Source: Eledone cirrhosa (lineage: Eukaryota). From it: a stretch of 64,000 bases of DNA. The position numbers and the translations under genes were made by a program. The stretch covers positions 5,022,001-5,086,000 of the forward strand of contig OZ024762.1 in NCBI GenBank assembly GCA_964016885.1. The letters run 5' to 3'. Shown piece after piece: positions 57,048-64,000 of the stretch. Within the stretch, counting starts at the first letter, position 1. Every line of letters begins with the position of its first letter. The notes under the pieces are model-generated. The model did not search any database, was not told the origin of the DNA, and was given only the letters and a program-made list of their open reading frames with translations.

Positions 57048-58822
57048 AAAAGTAAACAGATAAACAGCACAGCAAAGCGATACAGTACAACAAAGAAATA
57101 TATTAGTTTAACGCTTGATATAGTGGTTTTAATGTTTCAGACAGTTCTTCATGGAAGGAGAAATAAAAGAAATCTGTGTTCAGTTAGTTTGGCTGACTCA
57201 ATACACACGTGTCTCCGAAATGTAAACACTCTTTGTTACTATATCAAGCGTTAAACTAATATATTTCTTCATTGTACTGTATTGTTTTGCTGTGTTGTTT
57301 ATCTGTTAACTTTTCACACACACGCACATAGTGGAAGATAGACGTTAAACGATGATGATGATGTCATCATCATCATCATCATCATCACCGTTTTATGTCT
57401 GTTCTTCCACGCTAGCATGGGTTAGACAGGTTGTCCTGTTGTGGGCAGTGTCCGGTCGGCTGACCATGTCTTGCTCATACAGGAACTGATTCTGGCTTGA
57501 TTTCTACAGCTGGATGCCCTTCCTAACACCAACCTCATTTACAGTGAGTGCTGGGTGCTTTTTTGCCGTGGCGCCTACATGTCCATTTTACAGTGGGAGG
57601 GGTGGGGCATATTGTCTATATGCTTCAGCTTCGGCTTGTACCTGTGGGGGGTCGGGTCTTCTGTATTACTGTGTGACGCCAGAGGTCACGGTCGTGTGTC
57701 ATTGCCTTTGAGAGGTGCAATTGGGTAAGGTCAGCTTTTATCACCTCATCCCAGGTCTTCTTGGGTCTCCCCACTCCGTGGCTTCCATCGACTTCTAGTG
57801 CTCTGCACCTTTTTATGCAGCTGTCATTATTCATACGCATCACATGTCCATACCAACGCAACCTCCTCTCCTGCACATATATATATAAGTATATTTATAT
57901 ATATAATTTTAATATTTTTCTTATTTTAATTAAAAGATGAGGAAGCTGGCAGTATTATGTCATTGAAATTTTCCTGGACCAGTCAGTCGACTTACAAGTT
58001 TATAAAGTAAGTTGTGATGTATCTTTCACTTCCATTGACTTCTACCTTGTTTTAATGCCAGTTTCATTGCCTGTCTCTTATTGGATATGTCTTATATTGT
58101 TGTGTATTAGTTTGTTATCGGGTGGGAGAGTTACCTATGATAGACTGTTGCTCTATCCAGGAGTAGGTTTTCTTTTTTTTCCATATAAAAGATGATTGTT
58201 GGGTGATGAAGTGCCGGGAGAGACCCCCAGTGGAAGGAAGCTGTAGTAGTAGGAAGGCCAAGGAAAACCTGGTATAAGTAGTGGCTTTCTACAGACCCCT
58301 TTCAATCACTTCTTTACTGCCAGCCCCATCTAGGGGCCATCTCTACTACTTCTTGATAACTCTCTTGGTCACTTGATCAATGTCCAGTTTTCTGTAGGCC
58401 TTACTAGGAATAAGTGGGAGAAGAAGAAAAGAGTCTTTCTGTATTGTTTGTTATTGTTGTTAAGGCAGTGGATTGGCAGCATAGAGTTATAGCCCTTTAC
58501 GTTCTGAGTTCAAATCTCGCCGAGGTTAGCTTTGCCTTTCGTCCTTATGGGTTTGATAAAATAAAGTACCAGTAATGCACTGAGATCAATTTAAGCGACC
58601 CCCCCCCCCTTCAAATTACCAGCCTTGTGCCTAAAATAGAAACAGTTATTATTGTTGTTGTTGTTTTGTAGGAAAAATGAAGCTGGTAATTTATCTTTGA
58701 AGTTACTGGTACCAATCCCAGAATACCTGAGCCAGGCTGATGCCTCATTACATTTGTTCTTAAACCCTGATTGTAATTATGGATTAAAAATAGACTGGGC
58801 TGTGATAGAAACATTGGGTCAG
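20400..58822 (+). CDS. PGAP1: GPI inositol-deacylase (PGAP1/Bst1, alpha/beta hydrolase); 20 exons in window, 3' exons beyond window
   Basis: The spliced frame contains an N-terminal TM segment + [22 protein letters not shown], the lipase motif [32 protein letters not shown] and ends ...ETLGQ. All GT-AG junctions are phase-consistent. Confidence 0.95.
21740..22020 (+). mobile_element. tRNA-derived SINE family B; other copies at about 19700-19855(-), 23420, 37860-38120(-) and 62807
   Basis: tggcctagtggtaag A box, B-box-like segment, conserved cttgagcaagacactt...ctccagt..actcagctg core. Confidence 0.8.
22255..22630 (+). mobile_element. Short non-autonomous element with RTE-like tail ending ...ggacgtaaaacg(atg)n; copies at about 57365-57880(-), 59750-60085(-), 43015-43270 and 63590-63845
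   Basis: Recurrent gttaggaagggcatccagctgtagaaa...aacccatgctagcgtggaa...(GAT)n; often fused to RTE ORF ends. Confidence 0.8.
24047..24628 (+). repeat. 22-bp minisatellite (gcaattggcaatacacatacta), about 26 copies
   Basis: Visible periodicity. Confidence 0.95.
24822..24889 (+). CDS. PGAP1: PGAP1 exon 2: [23 protein letters not shown]
   Basis: cacag acceptor, gtatgt donor; Y.LY.YGEG motif. Confidence 0.93.
25779..26006. mobile_element. Tc1/mariner-type MITE
   Basis: TIRs caggatgaggcaaaagttgtgcaccataggg / ccctatggtgcacgacttttgcctcaccctg with TA flanks. Confidence 0.85.
27261..27281 (+). CDS. PGAP1: PGAP1 exon 3, 21-nt microexon (YYAESLR)
   Basis: ccttttccag acceptor, gtgagt donor; phase 2-2; supplies the residues after YGEG. 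Confidence 0.85.
27728..29185 (+). repeat. Minisatellite of about 45-47-bp unit, same family as 2640-3260
   Basis: About 30 copies ending 26 nt before PGAP1 exon 4. Confidence 0.95.
29212..29276 (+). CDS. PGAP1: PGAP1 exon 4: [21 protein letters not shown]
   Basis: tccag acceptor, gtaatc donor; PGAP1 signature. Confidence 0.96.
29987..30069 (+). CDS. PGAP1: PGAP1 exon 5: [28 protein letters not shown]
   Basis: tgcag acceptor, gtaaat donor. Confidence 0.95.
30648..30690 (+). CDS. PGAP1: PGAP1 exon 6: [14 protein letters not shown]
   Basis: cccag acceptor, gtacaa donor. Confidence 0.92.
31159..31326. mobile_element. pogo/Tigger-like MITE
   Basis: ta|ctgtatttcccggcgtcgaagacgc ... gcgtcttcggtgccgggaattatag|ta imperfect TIRs. 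Confidence 0.7.
31375..32032 (+). mobile_element. Helitron remnant (RepHel N-terminal fragment plus 3' terminus)
   Basis: Decayed AAFSYDP..., [25 protein letters not shown]; 3' hairpin cccgg-gtgaag-ccggg followed by CTAG|t. Confidence 0.8.
32066..32157 (+). CDS. PGAP1: PGAP1 exon 7: [14 protein letters not shown]...IVLIGHSM (catalytic Ser)
   Basis: ttcag acceptor, gtgagt donor; GHSM|GG lipase box split by a phase-0 intron. Confidence 0.96.
32531..32627 (+). CDS. PGAP1: PGAP1 exon 8: [32 protein letters not shown]
   Basis: accag acceptor, gtaggt donor. Confidence 0.95.
32851..33376 (+). repeat. 83-bp tandem repeat, 6 near-identical copies plus a partial
   Basis: atatatattgagaagccctaggattctg...gtcgtggcacct. 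Confidence 0.95.
33902..33951 (+). ncRNA. Minimal type I hammerhead-like motif within a palindrome
   Basis: ccattacgag-CTGAAGA-tccgggaaggt-GAAAC(aatt)GTT|ctcggtatgg; stem I pairs cgag/ctcg and ccat/atgg; weak stem II. Confidence 0.5.
34310..34467 (+). CDS. PGAP1: PGAP1 exon 9: [19 protein letters not shown]...[18 protein letters not shown]
   Basis: ttcag acceptor, gtaagt donor. Confidence 0.95.
34945..35330 (-). mobile_element. Ty3/Gypsy pol fragment (RNase H end and connection region)
   Basis: [14 protein letters not shown]...[29 protein letters not shown]. Confidence 0.88.
35488..35520 (+). CDS. PGAP1: PGAP1 exon 10, 33-nt small exon ([11 protein letters not shown])
   Basis: tccag acceptor, gtaggt donor; phase 0-0. 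Confidence 0.75.
35850..36305 (+). repeat. About 49-50-bp minisatellite with alternating variants
   Basis: aacagttaaaacatctggtatcacatctgtagct... about 9 copies. Confidence 0.9.
36374..36426 (+). CDS. PGAP1: PGAP1 exon 11: [18 protein letters not shown]
   Basis: tctag acceptor, gtaagt donor; conserved STDHL motif. Confidence 0.95.
37663..37729 (+). CDS. PGAP1: PGAP1 exon 12: [22 protein letters not shown]
   Basis: tccag acceptor, gtgggt donor. Confidence 0.93.
38827..38991 (+). CDS. PGAP1: PGAP1 exon 13: [12 protein letters not shown]...VRFNQQK
   Basis: tgcag acceptor, gtaagt donor. Confidence 0.9.
39085..39325 (-). mobile_element. RTE LINE 3' fragment
   Basis: [10 protein letters not shown]...RGRPRKTW. 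Confidence 0.8.
39470..40365 (-). mobile_element. CR1/L2-type LINE 3' end with internal inversion-duplication
   Basis: [35 protein letters not shown]...WNKLP; (TAT)n tail at 39471-39497. Confidence 0.88.
40552..40626 (+). CDS. PGAP1: PGAP1 exon 14: [25 protein letters not shown]
   Basis: tgtag acceptor, gtaagt donor; open frame. Confidence 0.82.
41111..41163 (+). CDS. PGAP1: PGAP1 exon 15: [17 protein letters not shown](C)
   Basis: tgcag acceptor, gtaagt donor; SWI..C motif. Confidence 0.85.
42400..42644 (+). mobile_element. Non-autonomous Helitron 3' end
   Basis: Hairpin cccg-agcaacgc-cggg then CTAG|t at 42641-42644; the 5' boundary is uncertain. Confidence 0.6.
42689..42893 (+). pseudogene. 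Partial duplicate of PGAP1 exon 17 with its acceptor and upstream SINE tail
   Basis: 42831-42893 is identical to 43814-43876; 42689-42753 nearly matches 43717-43781; the native donor is missing. Confidence 0.85.
43279..43405. mobile_element. mariner-like MITE remnant
   Basis: tgaaaagttcatagg ... cctatgaacttttca inverted ends. Confidence 0.6.
43484..43547 (+). CDS. PGAP1: PGAP1 exon 16: [21 protein letters not shown]
   Basis: tccag acceptor, AAG|gtttgt donor; phase 2 to 0. Confidence 0.85.
43814..43888 (+). CDS. PGAP1: PGAP1 exon 17: [25 protein letters not shown]
   Basis: ttcag acceptor, gtaagt donor; SH.V motif. Confidence 0.87.
44215..44715 (+). repeat. 49-bp tandem array inside an RTE-tailed element
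   Basis: aaagtggtcgtggaggtgccaaggcaaaaaagcacccagcactcactct, about 10 copies. Confidence 0.93.
46193..46820 (-). mobile_element. L1/Tx1-like LINE 3' end inserted beside a (GATA)n tract
   Basis: H...HCP....LW and IWW.R motifs of an ORF2 C-terminus, then a 3' UTR ending aataaagaaa. Confidence 0.65.
46821..47280 (-). mobile_element. Internally deleted Tc1/mariner transposase fragment
   Basis: HTH-like [18 protein letters not shown]; [18 protein letters not shown]...[10 protein letters not shown]. Confidence 0.85.
48271..49245 (+). repeat. 48-bp satellite, about 20 copies
   Basis: cacactgtaaagtggtcgtgtaggagacacgacaagaagcacccagtc; generates spurious periodic ORFs. Confidence 0.97.
49560..50215 (+). 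mobile_element. RTE-like LINE 3' portion, related to short fragments at about 3400, 17660, 24960, 34505 and 38210
   Basis: [23 protein letters not shown]...R, RGRP..RW. Confidence 0.85.
51295..53268 (+). repeat. 48-bp satellite, about 41 copies
   Basis: gtaaagtggttgtgttggtgtcacaataaaaagcacccagtccactct with two interspersed variants. Confidence 0.97.
54037..54101 (-). ncRNA. Minimal type I hammerhead ribozyme motif
   Basis: Minus strand reads tattttat-CTGATGA-aagcacacca(taatttaact)tggtgtcctt-GAAA-t(atgt)-ATA|atgaaata. Stem I is 8 bp, stem II 9 bp plus one mismatch, stem III 2 bp. Confidence 0.7.
54365..55310 (-). CDS. Candidate spliced smORF B, 51 aa (55310-55201 joined to 54410-54365)
   Basis: AG|gtacag donor at 55200; strong minus-strand internal exon 54410-54363 (tctttctag| ... 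ATG|gtaagt); hydrophobic N-terminus, 3 Cys, RRK. Confidence 0.3.
55318..55413 (-). CDS. Candidate smORF A, 31 aa: [31 protein letters not shown]
   Basis: aactATG context; paralogous to the adjacent smORF B, with mostly synonymous differences in the first 12 codons. Confidence 0.3.
   Translation of the reverse strand: MFPLVFPLLILSTSYIFWLKCGKEKLIIRSD
55679..56060. mobile_element. TA-flanked TIR MITE (pogo/Tigger-like) containing a SINE, nested in a piggyBac-type MITE
   Basis: ta|caggctcacaatcttttattcgaaat ... atttcggataaaagatggtgaacctg|ta. Confidence 0.75.
56108..56300 (+). CDS. PGAP1: PGAP1 exon 18: [13 protein letters not shown]...YNCKAATN
   Basis: ttcag acceptor, gtaacc donor. Confidence 0.87.
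56320..56870 (+). repeat. (TG)-rich compound minisatellite
   Basis: gttatacatgtgtgtatgtgtgggtggaactat repeated. Confidence 0.9.
57937..58006 (+). CDS. PGAP1: PGAP1 exon 19: [23 protein letters not shown]
   Basis: AAG acceptor after a T-rich tract, gtaagt donor; phase 1 to 2 matches neighbours. Confidence 0.82.
58672..58822 (+). CDS. PGAP1: PGAP1 exon 20: [11 protein letters not shown]...[19 protein letters not shown]
   Basis: tgtag acceptor, gtaagt donor; DC.Y...LGQ motif preceding the TM region. Confidence 0.9.
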
Positions 58823-59498
58823 GTAAGTGGCTTAATCTTTATACAGTAAATTAATTGTGATTTAGTGAACACACTCGGAAATATTGACTGCTAGAAATAG
58901 CAGCCAAGCAACTATTCTGAATATATAAACAGAAGAGTTAATTCCTTTTAAATGTTGTTTTTAATTCATTACAAGTGAAGGTAGAATTTTTTCACAGGTA
59001 TGTTTTATGAAAGATTCATTATGGCAGGAAAAGAGTTCTGGGACTCAAAAACACAGTGTGGCTTAGTGGTTAGAGAATTGAATATGCAATCAAGAGGTTG
59101 TGATTTCCAGACTGGGCGATGTATTATATCCTTGAGCAAAACACATTTTTCACAGGGATGTGTTATGAAATATCATTGCAGGAAAAGATTTCTGGGACTG
59201 AAAAATAGAAGTTTTAACCTATTGAGTGCTGCATATATTTTACACAGCTACAGTTGTTGTACTGAGTTTTTTTCTCAGTAAAATGACTACTTTTTTAAAC
59301 AATCTTTTATAACAACACATATCTGAATGACTGATAAACATCACATCAATAAACTAGTAACCCCATCTAGCTTTGAAGTTATGAACTGTTGGAAACAAGT
59401 TCATAACTTTGAAGTTATGAACTGTTGGAAACAAGTTCATAACTTTGAAGTTATGAACTGTTGGAGGAGGCCAGCTAAACCTGCATAGGTATGATCTG

Positions 59499-59578
<80 letters not shown>

Positions 59579-60403
59579 GTACTAATAATAAAATATATGT
59601 AATAAATATAAAATATATATAAACTAATAATAAAATATATATGTGCTAATAATAAAAAGGACGATTTGTTAGGTCTTCATTATGTTTATTGAGTAGTATA
59701 TAAGCAATATATATATATATATATATTATAGAATATATATCTACCTATATCATCATCACCGTTTTACGTCCGTTCTTCCACGCTAGCATGGGTTAGACGG
59801 GTTGTCCTGTTGTGGGCAGTGTCTGGTCGGCTGACCATGCCTTGGTCATACAGGAACTGATCTGGCTTGATTTCTACAGCTGGATGCCCTTCCTAACACC
59901 AACCTCATTTACAGTGAGTGCTGGGTGCTTTTTCGTGGCGCCTACACGTCCACTTTACAGTGTGGGCTGGGTGCTTTTTTGCCGTGGCACCTCCACGGCC
60001 ACCTTGCGGTGGGGGGGGGGGGGGGGGGGGGGGCATATTGTTTATATGCTTCAGCATGTACCCATGGGAGGTCGGGTACCCTGTATATATCTCTATATAT
60101 ATATATAATTGGTGTTGGATGTTTAAAGCGTCCGTATGCGGTAGGCAGTAGGAGCACTCTATGCCCTCATAGAGCAGAGTATGATATCACAGAAATAAGA
60201 GAATCAGTGTTGCGACAAAAGGAATTTATTGGACATATTACAATTGTTTCAAACCAATTGTTTCGATGTGGTGATCAAACCTGACAAGAGTCAGGTTTGA
60301 TCACCACATCGATCGTGCCTCGAGCTGGTCACCCGACAAACAATTGTAATATGTCCAATAAATTCCTTTTGTCGCAACACTAATTCTCTTTTTTCTGTGA
60401 TAG

Positions 60404-60475
<72 letters not shown>

Positions 60476-60632
60476 ATATATATATATATATGTGTATATA
60501 TATACGAGCTAGACATGGTCACCCGACCAATCTCGCCTCAAGTGGGACAATTTCCGTCTAAACCCATGCTAGCGTGGAAGATAGACGTTAAACGATGATG
60601 ATGATGATGATGATGATATATATATATATATG

Positions 60633-60688
<56 letters not shown>

Positions 60689-60999
60689 TGTATATATATA
60701 TATAATATATATCCTTTCTCACTGTTAACCTCTCTCTCTCTCTTCCCATTCTCTATCTCTGTTTTTTCTAATCTCTGCCAATTGTCTTTCTCACCCCCAC
60801 CCCCACCCTCCATGACTCCCCCCTCCATGTCCCCCCCTCCATGTCTCCCCCCCACCTCACAGCCTACCAGACTACCAGACAGTTCATTAAGGCATCTGTA
60901 GTTAATTATTAATACATGAATGTTTTTGTTAGATAATATTGATCTAACACTAAACACGACATACACACACACACACATATATATATATACACCACACCT

Positions 61000-61030
<31 letters not shown>

Positions 61031-61085
61031 CACCACACTTACACACACACATATATATATATATACACCACACTTACATACACAC

Positions 61086-61120
<35 letters not shown>

Positions 61121-61839
61121 CACCACACTTACATACACACATACACACCACACACATATAAACACACCACACCTAGATACACACATACACACACACATAT
61201 ATACACACCACACCTAGATACACACATACACACACATATATATACACACCACACTTACATACACATACAGATACTTATACACACTCTCAGATACATACAC
61301 ACACACACACATCACCCACCACACTTGCATACACACACATATGTACACACACTCATATACATACACATAGAGATATACATACACACACACATCACACACA
61401 CACACACATATACACACACTCTCACGTACACACTCTCTTACACACACATACAGACATACACACCACATTTACATACACAACCACATATATACACACTCTC
61501 ACATACACACATCACCTACATACACACACACACATGTATACACACTCTCTCACATACACATACATCACACCCAAACATACCACACTCATATACGCATGCA
61601 TACAGACGCACACATTCACACACCTACGTACACACACATATATGTGACAGCAAATGTGACAGACAAAAGATGTGGCCCCTAATGAGTGGATTGGGTCAGT
61701 TTGTAGGATGTCATCCTCATCTACCCTCATATTCCTTTTATAACCTGAAATTGAGGTGGAGATTTTTTGACCGAGTTCGCATGGTGTCTCACCTAGCATT
61801 GGAAGGATAGAGCCGCATACAGTTGGCTTTTTATGTGAT

Positions 61840-62682
61840 ATTAAATGAGTGATGTCCCCAGAATTAGAGAGCATTAGATGACCCCACACTTCCCTACTCC
61901 AGCTCCCTAAGTTCTTATTGAGGTTCACACTGTGGCTTTTTCGAGGCTGGCGTTTAAGATTTTCATGGTCGAGACGTCTTTCTTCAGACATTCTGCAGCC
62001 TTCCTACACATGTCTTCTCCATTCAACCCTCTTTAAAGCAAGCACTTCCCAGTTCTGAACTTCAAACTGTAGATCCTTAACCCTTTACATTTACATTATT
62101 CTGGGGGTGGATTGGCAGTATCGGGAGAGGGTCGGACGCCATGCTTTCCAGCATAGTTACGTCCCTTTACGGTCTGAGTTCAAATCCCGCCGAGGTTGAC
62201 TTTGCCTTTCATCCTTACGGGGTCGATAAATAAAGTACCAGTAATGAACTGGGTAATTGCTGGCCTTGTGCCTAAAGTAGAAACAATTATTCTATATATA
62301 CTATTGTATTTTTTATCAGTAGAAGTTCGGACGCCATGCTTTGACGCATAGAGTTACGGTCCTTACCATTCTGAGTTCAAATCCTGCCGAGGTTAAATTT
62401 GCCTTTCATCCTTACGGGGTCGATAAAATAAAGTACCAGTAATGTACTGGGTATTTCTGGCCTTGTGCCAATAGTAGAAACAGTTATTTATTTTCAGAAC
62501 AATACCTTAACATTCGTATGAGTGGCCAGTTATGGCTGGTTTGAACAGAAAGAGGTGAGAGATTTCTGGCTGGATATGGCCGGTTTAAATGCTAAAGGGT
62601 TAAGATTGTTTTTTATGCAATCTTTATATCTTTTTCTTGGTTTGTGCTGAGGGCCTTTCCCAGTGGGCAATTGACTGTAAAA
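61840..62682 (-). mobile_element. RTE LINE 3' fragment split by a piggyBac-type MITE carrying two SINEs
   Basis: FYSQL..GK.PQ.KPRKRYKDCIKNNL at 62600-62682 continues as NWE.LA..R..WR below 62077; TTAA at both MITE ends. Confidence 0.7.
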
Positions 62683-62768
62683 ATGTATATACATACATAC
62701 ATACACACACACACTTACATACATACATCTACACACACACACACATACATATACATACATGCATACAT

Positions 62769-62806
<38 letters not shown>

Positions 62807-64000
62807 GGCCTTGCAATCAAAAGGTTGTGAGTTCAATTCTCAGACCGGGTGATGTGTTGTTTCCTTGAGCAAGACACTTTATTTCACATTGCTCCAGTTT
62901 ACTCAGCTGTAGAAATGAGATGATAGGGACTGGGGTCCCTATCATTCCACTGCAAAGTGGTCGTGGAGGTGCCACGGCAAAAAAGCACCCAGCACTCACT
63001 GTAAATGAGGTTGGTGTGAGGAAGGGCATCCAGCTGTAGAAATCAAGCCAACATCAGTTCCCGTCCCACCCTTGCAAGCAGGGAAAAGTGGACGTAAAAT
63101 GAAATGATATATATATATACAAACACATAGATACATACTTATATACTTACATACATACATATATACATATGTACATACATACATACATTTATACATACAT
63201 ATATATACACATACATGCATGTACACACACACACACATACATACTCACACACATATATACATTTTCACACTCATACATATGTACACATACACGTACACAT
63301 TTACTTGTGGCAGATATGGAGATTTCGTGGGTGGATGTTTTCTGTATGAAGAGATTAATGTGGATTAGACACACACACACACATATATATATATATACAC
63401 ATATCCACACACACACACACACACACACTTATCCACACACACACATACATATATATATAAATACACAATTATACACACATACATATATACACACATACAT
63501 ATACATACACATACATATATAAACACATACATATACAGACACATATATATATAGACACATATATACACACAAATCCAGTCCGAAACAAATGAGGTCGTGT
63601 AGGTGTCACAACAAAAACACACACAGTCCACGCTGTAATGTGGCTTTGTAGGTAACACGGTAAAAACCTCCCAGTCCACACTGTAAACGTGGTTGGTGTT
63701 AGGAAGGGCATCCAGCCGTAGAAAACACGCCAGACAGTCCTATGCGAGCAAGACAACCACTCTTGCCTCAAGTGGGAAAACTCCCGTCCAAACCCATGCC
63801 AGTGTGGAAGATGGACGTTAAACGATGATGATGATGATGATGATGCGTTAGGAAGGACATCCAGCTGTAGAAAACAAGCCAAAATCAGTTTCTTGTATAC
63901 GAATCAAGGTCCTCTGGCCTGATCTTTCACAAAGGGACTGCCCCTCCTACCCATGCCAGTGTGGAAAATGGACGTTAAACGATGATGATGATTGTCCCTC

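Noticed and set aside
60920-61810. 296-aa His/Thr/Tyr-rich ORF
   Set aside because: (CA)/(TA) microsatellite translation

Overview
Eukaryotic, AT-rich, microsatellite- and transposon-dense genomic DNA. The repeat landscape suggests a coleoid cephalopod such as Octopus (inference). Two spliced + strand genes can be reconstructed with consistent GT-AG phases. GPKOW has 10 coding exons at 1738-13184, with its first exon upstream of the window. PGAP1 (GPI inositol-deacylase) has 20 exons at 20400-58822, and its C-terminal transmembrane exons lie beyond the window. Introns hold tRNA-derived SINEs, RTE/CR1/L1-type LINE fragments, piggyBac-, Tc1/mariner- and pogo-type MITEs, Helitron and Gypsy remnants, and many minisatellites; most long ORFs in the ORF track are repeat artefacts. 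Most notable unexplained signals: (1) a dispersed set of minimal type I hammerhead-ribozyme motifs, one apparently intact and one identical copy ending exactly at the predicted cleavage site; (2) a candidate spliced antisense transcript nested in PGAP1 intron 17 carrying two tandem paralogous small ORFs; (3) a 20-bp minisatellite built of nuclear-receptor IR1 elements; (4) several long fold-back stems in pre-mRNA. All analysis was by eye; no searches or folding programs were run.
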